A DNA stretch of 63,997 nucleotides, filler included, from Stramenopiles sp. TOSAG23-3 (taxonomy: Eukaryota), in assembly GCA_900128585.1 (NCBI GenBank). It is 13 parts of 13 records of this genome, joined end to end, with 100 filler letters (N's around TTAATTAATTAA, not from the genome) between each part and the next. Parts side by side here need not be neighbours in the genome. Positions count along the whole stretch, not along the records: positions 54,288 to 59,101 come from LT643694.1; positions 59,202 to 63,997 come from LT643701.1; 11 more parts are not named here. One strand, given 5' to 3'. This document shows positions 57,905-63,997 of the stretch, piece after piece (the stretch's first letter is position 1; each line of letters starts with the position of its first letter). Both the position numbers and the translations under genes were made by a program. Below the pieces are notes generated by a model. It saw only the letters and a list, made by a program, of their open reading frames with translations. It searched no databases and was not told the origin of the DNA.

Positions 57905-58987
57905 ATGGGGAACACAGCCGCCACCGCCACCACCTCGTCCCAACAAGACACGGCGCCTCTACCAAGCGATTGTCTGGTGGTGAAGCTTCGTGAAGCTGAT
58001 ATGGTAGATGGCAGGGGGAGAACAAAGCCGTACAGTAAAGGCACCGTGGTAGAGATTGGATACGACGGCATAATTGACAACGAATGTGCGAAGAAAGGGG
58101 ATCGGGAAAAACACTATTACGATGACTCTAACCCTCCGCCAGAAAACGCAAATATTTTACTGCACTCTTGTTGCGCGCCATGCAGTGGTGCAATGTTTGA
58201 AGAAATGTTGAAACAGAAATACAACATAACCATTTTTTTCTACAATCCAAACATTCACCCAAGGAAAGAGTATGAGATTCGCAAAGAAGAAAACAAGAGG
58301 TATGCACGGAAGCACAAGGTCCCTTTTGTAGACTGCGATTACGATGCCCATAGTTGGTTTCAAAGAATGAAAGGCTTAGAACATGACCCCGAGCGAATCG
58401 GGTCTCGTTGTGTTGCATGCTTTGACATGCGGATGGAAGTGACGGCTCACTACGCAGCGACCCACGGCTTTCATTGCTTCACAACAACAAACGCAACAAG
58501 CCGCTGGAAGGACGAATCCCAGGTGGACGGGGCGGGATTGCGGGCAGCACGAGACGCTGCTGCGGCGGGCCACCAAGTCTCTCCAAAATTTTGGCTGCGA
58601 CGTTGGAAAACGGATGCTCTCACGAAGCGGAAATATGAAATTTCCGCGGAAGAGAGGTTTTATAAACAAGAATATTGTGGGTGCTCGTACTCTTTGCGAG
58701 ACTCAAATACATGGAGAAAGCAAAATGGAATACCACAGGTTCGTATTGGAGGGGAAATCGCTGGTTTAGGAACACGGTACTTTGAAGACCCTGAAGTAGA
58801 CGCCGAAGAAGAGAGCCAAGAAGTAGTCGATGCGTTCTTCAAAGCTGCCGAGGGTAATTTTAAGGAAGGCACTTCAAAGAAATGCAAAGAGGGTGGTCGC
58901 AGTGATGTTGTAACGACATTGAACGCAGTTTACGGTCAAAGAAAAAAAGAAACCGGTGGTGCAAGTTTATCAATGAACAATTGGTGA
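57905..58987 (+). CDS. queH: Epoxyqueuosine reductase QueH (DUF208) homologue with N- and C-terminal extensions
   Basis: LLHSCCAPCS, FFYNPNIHPRKEYEIRKEE, GLEHDPERIGSRCVACFDMRM, FYKQEYCGCSYSLRD. The likely ATG is at 57905. Confidence 0.92.
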   Translation: MGNTAATATTSSQQDTAPLPSDCLVVKLREADMVDGRGRTKPYSKGTVVEIGYDGIIDNECAKKGDREKHYYDDSNPPPENANILLHSCCAPCSGAMFEEMLKQKYNITIFFYNPNIHPRKEYEIRKEENKRYARKHKVPFVDCDYDAHSWFQRMKGLEHDPERIGSRCVACFDMRMEVTAHYAATHGFHCFTTTNATSRWKDESQVDGAGLRAARDAAAAGHQVSPKFWLRRWKTDALTKRKYEISAEERFYKQEYCGCSYSLRDSNTWRKQNGIPQVRIGGEIAGLGTRYFEDPEVDAEEESQEVVDAFFKAAEGNFKEGTSKKCKEGGRSDVVTTLNAVYGQRKKETGGASLSMNNW

Positions 58988-59079
58988 GATATTTATTATA
59001 TTTAACTGGGAGAAGAATCGAACTGTTGAATACAGATCTTAACATTTATTTGTTTTTTTATTATCATATCATATGTGAT

Positions 59080-59096
59080 AAGAAAATTGGCTGTTA
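59080..59096 (-). mobile_element. Family A mini-copy downstream of queH
   Basis: AAGAAAATTGGCTGTTA with ATATG on both sides (59071 and 59097); the contig ends at 59101. Confidence 0.55.
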
Positions 59097-59201
59097 ATAT
59101 GNNNNNNNNNNNNNNNNNNNNNNNNNNNNNNNNNNNNNNNNNNNNTTAATTAATTAANNNNNNNNNNNNNNNNNNNNNNNNNNNNNNNNNNNNNNNNNNN
59201 N

Positions 59202-60534
59202 CTGACACTTGCTTTTGCGCCGTCTCCAACATGGCCTGCATTTTTCTTATTTTACTTCGCTTTTCATCATTTGCCCGGGATGCCTTTTCCTCTGCTTCTT
59301 TGCACATTTGCTGGGACTCTTTCAATTGTTTGGACACTTCCTCAGAGGCTACACCAGATTTTTTTGCTTCCTTTGCCTCCTTCCCGACTCGAATCAATTC
59401 CGCCTGCGCTTCTGCAAGAATGTCGAGCAGCCCTTGCTTTTCAACTTTCAACACATTTACCTGCTTTTCCGCCTCTTCACATTTTTGCCCCAACGACGAT
59501 ATGTCTTTCAAGTAAAGTGCCGCCGCCGATTCTTCTTCCACGACGCCACCCCTCTCCTCCTGCGTTTCGGCAGCGCTGCCTTTGCCTTCGCCGTTTTGCA
59601 CTTGTTGTGTTGCAGTATGTTTTGCCGTCGACGCGACTGCCGCGGCGGTAGCTTCTTGCGCATGCCTTCGCTCTCTTTCCAACGATTCCTGTTCGTTCTT
59701 GATGCTTGACAGCTTCTTCTCGTGCTCCATTATCTCCTTTTTTAGGCGGGCAAACTTAGAGGCGTCTTTGCTCCCTAAATATTCACAGTGCTCTCGCAAA
59801 ATGTCGTTTTCCGCTTGAAGCGAGCGAACGTTACTCTGCAAATTTTCGAATTTCAATATGAGCTCGTCGACGTCGGTGCCCTCATCGCGCACAGCCCTCA
59901 CCGATTTTTCGAACGCCGCCGTCCTTTGACGCTCTTCTTCCAGGGCACCATCAAACATTTCTTTCACGCGCGGCGTTTCTATTCTACGAAGCAAATCCTC
60001 TTCGCTGAGTGCTTCTCGAAGGTCGTTCTCTTGTCGCTTCATGGCCTGGAGCATGTCTTTAAGAAGCGTATCTTTGCTCTTCATTCGCTGTTTGAGCTTG
60101 TCCTTCAAAATGGCGGCCTGTTTTTTGCTCAGCATTTTAAGTTTCATCAACAGATTCTGTGCACTGCGCTCTTGCTCCGAAAGCGTGTGTATGTCGTCAA
60201 GTGCTTTGGCGTAGTTGGTCCGCAACTCGTCGTAGATTTGCACCGGGCAAGTATTTTTGGTGCTTGTGCTCCTCGACGAGAGGCTTACCCTGGTCCGGGC
60301 TGCGGTCCCCGTCTCCGAGGACGAAGAGTTGTCAGCTTCGGACGACGATGATGTCGACTGGTAGTCGCCCTCGGAATCTGACGAAATACCCAACGACTCC
60401 ATCATTGCCTGGCGTTTTGCCCTATCGTCCTCCAATTTCTTGGAATTGATTTTTGCCGCGTTGGGTTTATAAGCCGGGGGCGACTTAAACTTTCTTGGTG
60501 CCCTCGACGCTGCACTCGACGAGAACGACGCCAT
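59202..60534 (-). CDS. Coiled-coil protein of unknown function, 3'-partial
   Basis: Long E/K/Q/L-rich helical ORF open into the linker; likely ATG at 60534. Confidence 0.75.
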
Positions 60535-60952
60535 GGCCAACCAACTGAGCAACCCCGACTACTAACCGATTCTGGGTGAACGGAAGACGACGTCTAAAAT
60601 GTCTTTTGTATGTGCGTGTGTGTGTTCATTCCCAACGAATGGGTTGAACGCAAATAAGAATTGTACAAAGTAGGTATATAAAATAGATATAGATCCTTCT
60701 TCTTATACTATAATATAGTTGTGGTGATTGATTGTTTTGCTGAAATTTCCTCACATCATCATCCGTCTTCTTCTTCTTCTTCTACCGGTATCTTCCGTCT
60801 CCTCCTCTCATTCCACTCATCCTCCGTCGTCGTCGTCGTCGTCGTAAGCCAATTATTGTACCATGGTGTTGTAATACCCTGGTAAAATATTTATTATTAG
60901 TCTATTATTTTTGTCTCCTTCCTCCTCACTCCCCTCTCCTATAAATATTTTA

Positions 60953-62566
60953 TTATACAGCAGAGAATGAAGAAGATGAGGGAGGCGGCGATGATGATGA
61001 GTTTGATGCATTGTTGTTGTTATCATTAATTTCATTGCTTGCCACCATCATAGATTTGTTAAGGTGAAGAGCAACCTTCATGATGGATGAGGATTCTGCC
61101 GCTTTCCTCGCCGCTGTTCTTCCAATTTTTTGTTCCAGTAAATCCCACAGAATCTGAGTTTCTTTCTTTTGCGATTCCGAAAGCGGGAGCTCTGTAATGA
61201 TATGGTGGTGGTTCCCCTCGTACAGCAACTCTGCAGCGACTTGGCTCACTCTTTTGTCGTTGTCTGGGTGTGAGAGCATGGCTTCATAATCGCTAAATTT
61301 ATCGACGTTCTGGACAGCGAAATCTGGGGCGCTTTTCATGCATTCATGGCACTCTTGGTACGCTTCGGGGTCGTTGTCGTTGACATGGTGCCCTTTTAGT
61401 AACTGGATCAAAATTTCATGGGTCCTCTTGTAATGACTCATTCGATGATCGTCCAGGGCGAACGCCCCGTATTTGTTTTGAATATTCTCGAAGCCCATGC
61501 AACTGCTGCAGTGCCAACCGGTGTCATACAGTGGCTTTGATTGTTCTGTTCGTTCGTAGTACAACTCATGCAATGTTGCCATGTCTCCCAAATGGAGCAA
61601 TTCTCCCCACGTCGTAATGGCCGGCCCTGGGAGACCGGCCTGGCATGGCTTTCCCGTTTTCAGCGGGCAGTCCTCCGCCGGTATCCAGTCCGCATGCTTT
61701 CTTACCCAATGTAGGCTCCAGCGGTAGGATGGAAGCATTAAATAGTGCGAGGCTTCGTGGCCCTCGGTGTCGAACGTGTGCCAGATGTGCTTGACGGCAT
61801 CGACGGATGGGATCTCATCGACGTCCCCAACCATGACAATGTCCGAATCGTGCAATTTCAACCTCGCCAGGCCTGCCATTCCAGCATTCCTAGATTTTCG
61901 TTCCATGTGGTATGCCCTGTTACGGTGTCGCTTTTGAAACGCATTTCTTAGCTCTACGTACTCTATTCTATTGGCCTGCAGCTTAGCGCTCAGAAACGGC
62001 AAGACTTTGCTGCGGAACAGCATCTCTTTTTTTATTCCCTGAAACGTTATGTCGCTCTCAACGATTACAAAATGATCGACCACCGGCTCCAGAGTATTCA
62101 TGTGAAGGATGAGCAATTGAATTTCCGCGGGCCCAAAGATAAGAACGTCTATGACCCGCGGGCCGTGCATGTGGGGTTCTACGCCATCCGAGTGTGAGTG
62201 CGGGGGCACTATGGAATGCGCCTCCACGCTCTTGTGGTGAAACACATGCTTTGGCTTTTTATGCCCTTCTAACGGCTCTGGTTTTCGGTGGAATTCATCG
62301 TGCCAATCGCCAGGTGCGTGCCTCTTTACTGGACTTGTTTCGTTCTTTCCCTTATGTACATTTTCCCCTTTTCTGGGGCTCAAAGACACGGCCTTTAAAA
62401 TTTTCGGCGGGTCTCTTGCGGCCAACGCAGACGATTTTGGGAAGGAAACGAACAAATAATGCGAACGGTTGCTCATGCGCGCATTAAAGTACAGACTCAT
62501 CGGCACTAAGAGAATAGCGATGCATGCACACAAATACAACCTGGTAACTGTCCCATTCGCCGGCAT
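60953..62566 (-). CDS. Glycosyltransferase family 17 (MGAT3-like), type II membrane protein
   Basis: N-terminal TM segment, RVIDVLIF..EIQLL, PVVDHFVIVESDITFQG, DIVMVGDVDEIPS, GWHCSSC. The likely ATG is at 62566. Confidence 0.88.
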   Translation of the reverse strand: MPANGTVTRLYLCACIAILLVPMSLYFNARMSNRSHYLFVSFPKSSALAARDPPKILKAVSLSPRKGENVHKGKNETSPVKRHAPGDWHDEFHRKPEPLEGHKKPKHVFHHKSVEAHSIVPPHSHSDGVEPHMHGPRVIDVLIFGPAEIQLLILHMNTLEPVVDHFVIVESDITFQGIKKEMLFRSKVLPFLSAKLQANRIEYVELRNAFQKRHRNRAYHMERKSRNAGMAGLARLKLHDSDIVMVGDVDEIPSVDAVKHIWHTFDTEGHEASHYLMLPSYRWSLHWVRKHADWIPAEDCPLKTGKPCQAGLPGPAITTWGELLHLGDMATLHELYYERTEQSKPLYDTGWHCSSCMGFENIQNKYGAFALDDHRMSHYKRTHEILIQLLKGHHVNDNDPEAYQECHECMKSAPDFAVQNVDKFSDYEAMLSHPDNDKRVSQVAAELLYEGNHHHIITELPLSESQKKETQILWDLLEQKIGRTAARKAAESSSIMKVALHLNKSMMVASNEINDNNNNASNSSSSPPPSSSSFSAV

Positions 62567-63297
62567 GGTCCGGGCCCGTCTCTCTATGTATCGTCGACCC
62601 ACTTCCAGTCAATGCGCTCTTTCTTTATTAATCTCACGTGCAGTAGTATTGTTTATCCTTATGCAAATCTGTATCTTTGAATTGTTATCTATACAGAGTC
62701 TATATAATGTGCGTGTGAGAGAGAGATTTTCTGTGTGTGTGTGAGAGAGAGAGTGTGAGTGAATAATTACATTATTATTTTATGAGCTATTATTAACATA
62801 TCGCCCGCGGGCCATATGGAAATAGCTCAGTAGAAGATGAATTATCAAGTAGTACTATTGAATAATTCGTGAAGAAGAAAATATATTTTTACTATTATTA
62901 TTATACTACCAAGTATTATTAAGCTTATTATTTATATAATAAAAAAATTGGGAAAAAATAATAAAAAAAATATTGTCCGAGATTGTCCAGTATAGTTATA
63001 GTTAGTTGTGGTGGTAGACGCTTCTAGATAGATGTGCGAACGAAGTTTGTACAGTACTCGTAGTTAGAAAAATTTTAATACTATATAGTGTCTAGCTATT
63101 AGTGGAGGAGTACCTTCCTTCCTATCATTCCTAATTATTAATAGTAGAGATGAATTGAACGCCTTGGTTTAACCCAAGACCACAAAACCTTGTTGTACCT
63201 TGTTGTATAAAAATAAAATTCGTGTCTATATATTAAAAAAAAAAAGACTATTTATATTTATGTAAATTCGTACCATGTACTACACGTGTAATTTTTT

Positions 63298-63918
63298 TTA
63301 AGCGATGATGCAGCAACCACCGGATGCGCTATTCGATGCGATCACGGTTGTTTTACGACCATCGGATGCGCTACACAACAAGTTAGGAAACCTGAAGTTC
63401 AGTACCGTGAGATTCTCAGCCGAGAGATATCCGTCCGCGTCGTGGTCGCACGCCTTAAACGCCATTATTGTGGTGTCAATATCCATTTTTGGCCTCTGCG
63501 AATGGACGAGTGCCACAAACTCGTCGAAGTTCAACACTCCGTACCGAGCCTCCCTGTACTTGCTGACTAACCCATATGCTGTAGCGAGATCTATTTTGCC
63601 CAGTTTCCTTCCTTTTTTTTTGCGACCACTGGATGCGCCATCGTCATGCAGTCTCATTATTTCTCCCGAGACAGCCGCTGTAAACCCCGCGTCTTTGACT
63701 GTTCTTCCATGTACAGGAACCCCCAGTGCAGTGAGATGCCACCCATGTTTATCGTAGTACAATTCTGCAAATATCAATCCTGTTGTTTCTATTTTCCAAT
63801 CCAATACGTACTTCGCTAGAACCTTCCCGTCCGGTAGTAACAGCCGGACATATGCATCTCGAACTGACGAAAAAGAAGCCTTCTCGCTAAAAACATTGAC
63901 AACGACAACAAGGCTGGT
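63298..63918 (-). CDS. 3' fragment: TerD-like domain plus EF-hand pair plus CaaX box
   Basis: LVVVVNVFS...FSSVRDAYVRL...TGLIFAELY....WHLTALG (TerD); DHDADGYLSAEN (EF loop); C-terminus GGCCIIA*. The first ~24 codons of the listed ORF come from the 79-bp duplicate. Confidence 0.75.
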   Translation of the reverse strand, partial: TSLVVVVNVFSEKASFSSVRDAYVRLLLPDGKVLAKYVLDWKIETTGLIFAELYYDKHGWHLTALGVPVHGRTVKDAGFTAAVSGEIMRLHDDGASSGRKKKGRKLGKIDLATAYGLVSKYREARYGVLNFDEFVALVHSQRPKMDIDTTIMAFKACDHDADGYLSAENLTVLNFRFPNLLCSASDGRKTTVIASNSASGGCCIIA

Positions 63919-63997
63919 TCCCGGGCAAATGATGAAAAGCGAAGTAAAATAAGAAAAATGCAGGCCATGTTGGAGACGGCGCAAAAGCAAGTGTCAG
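63919..63997. repeat. 79-bp exact inverted duplicate of 59202..59280 (probable assembly artefact)
   Basis: Reverse-complement identity over exactly 79 nt at the two ends of the contig. Confidence 0.92.

Noticed and set aside
63919-63990. N-terminus MLLRRLQHGLHFSYF... shared by ORFs 63298-63990 and 59209-59709 as a duplicated domain
   Set aside because: It is the antisense reading of the 79-bp duplicated coiled-coil sequence, so it is an artefact.
59202-63997. Contig as a TIR transposon or linear element with terminal inverted repeats
   Set aside because: The 79-bp repeat is part of an ordinary coding sequence, there is no transposase, and the same exact length recurs at other contig edges.
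1-63997. Functional gene clusters across the window (for example the 2OG oxygenase acting as PhnY partner of PhnZ, or the two helicases as one system)
   Set aside because: The genes lie on different contigs concatenated by length, so adjacency across linkers is meaningless. The oxygenase is also not PhyH/PhnY-like.

Overview
This is eukaryotic (protist-like) nuclear DNA and it is not a contiguous locus. It consists of 13 unrelated contigs of steadily decreasing length (4849 to 4796 bp), joined by 12 identical 100-nt linkers (N44-TTAATTAATTAA-N44). Genes are compact and almost intron-free, with one clear GT-AG intron, and are separated by very AT-rich, microsatellite-laden spacers. A marine heterotrophic SAR/stramenopile single-cell or metagenome assembly is plausible but is inference. 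Recognisable housekeeping genes are TrpRS, RAD1, NIP7, ESF1, DOHH, SSADH, a 3R-MYB, an OTU deubiquitinase, a MATH-BTB protein, a GT17 glycosyltransferase, FAM210 and a ZC2HC1-like protein. The most notable items are: (1) a dispersed non-coding element with about a dozen copies on 7 contigs, sharing one fixed T-rich end, variably truncated at the other end (down to 15-25 bp) and several times flanked by 6-13 bp target-site duplications, which is a retroposition signature; (2) a GIY-YIG-like nuclease/zinc-knuckle module fused to an Hrq1/MrfA-type helicase; (3) a DUF4116-repeat protein fused to a bacterial-type SF2 helicase; (4) bacterial-type enzymes in eukaryotic context (QueH, PhnZ-like, Fe-ADH); (5) an AlaX-S-like domain on TrpRS that has lost its zinc ligands. 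Three exact 79-bp duplications at contig or gap edges are probably assembly artefacts. All protein assignments come from motif recognition by eye; no database searches were run.
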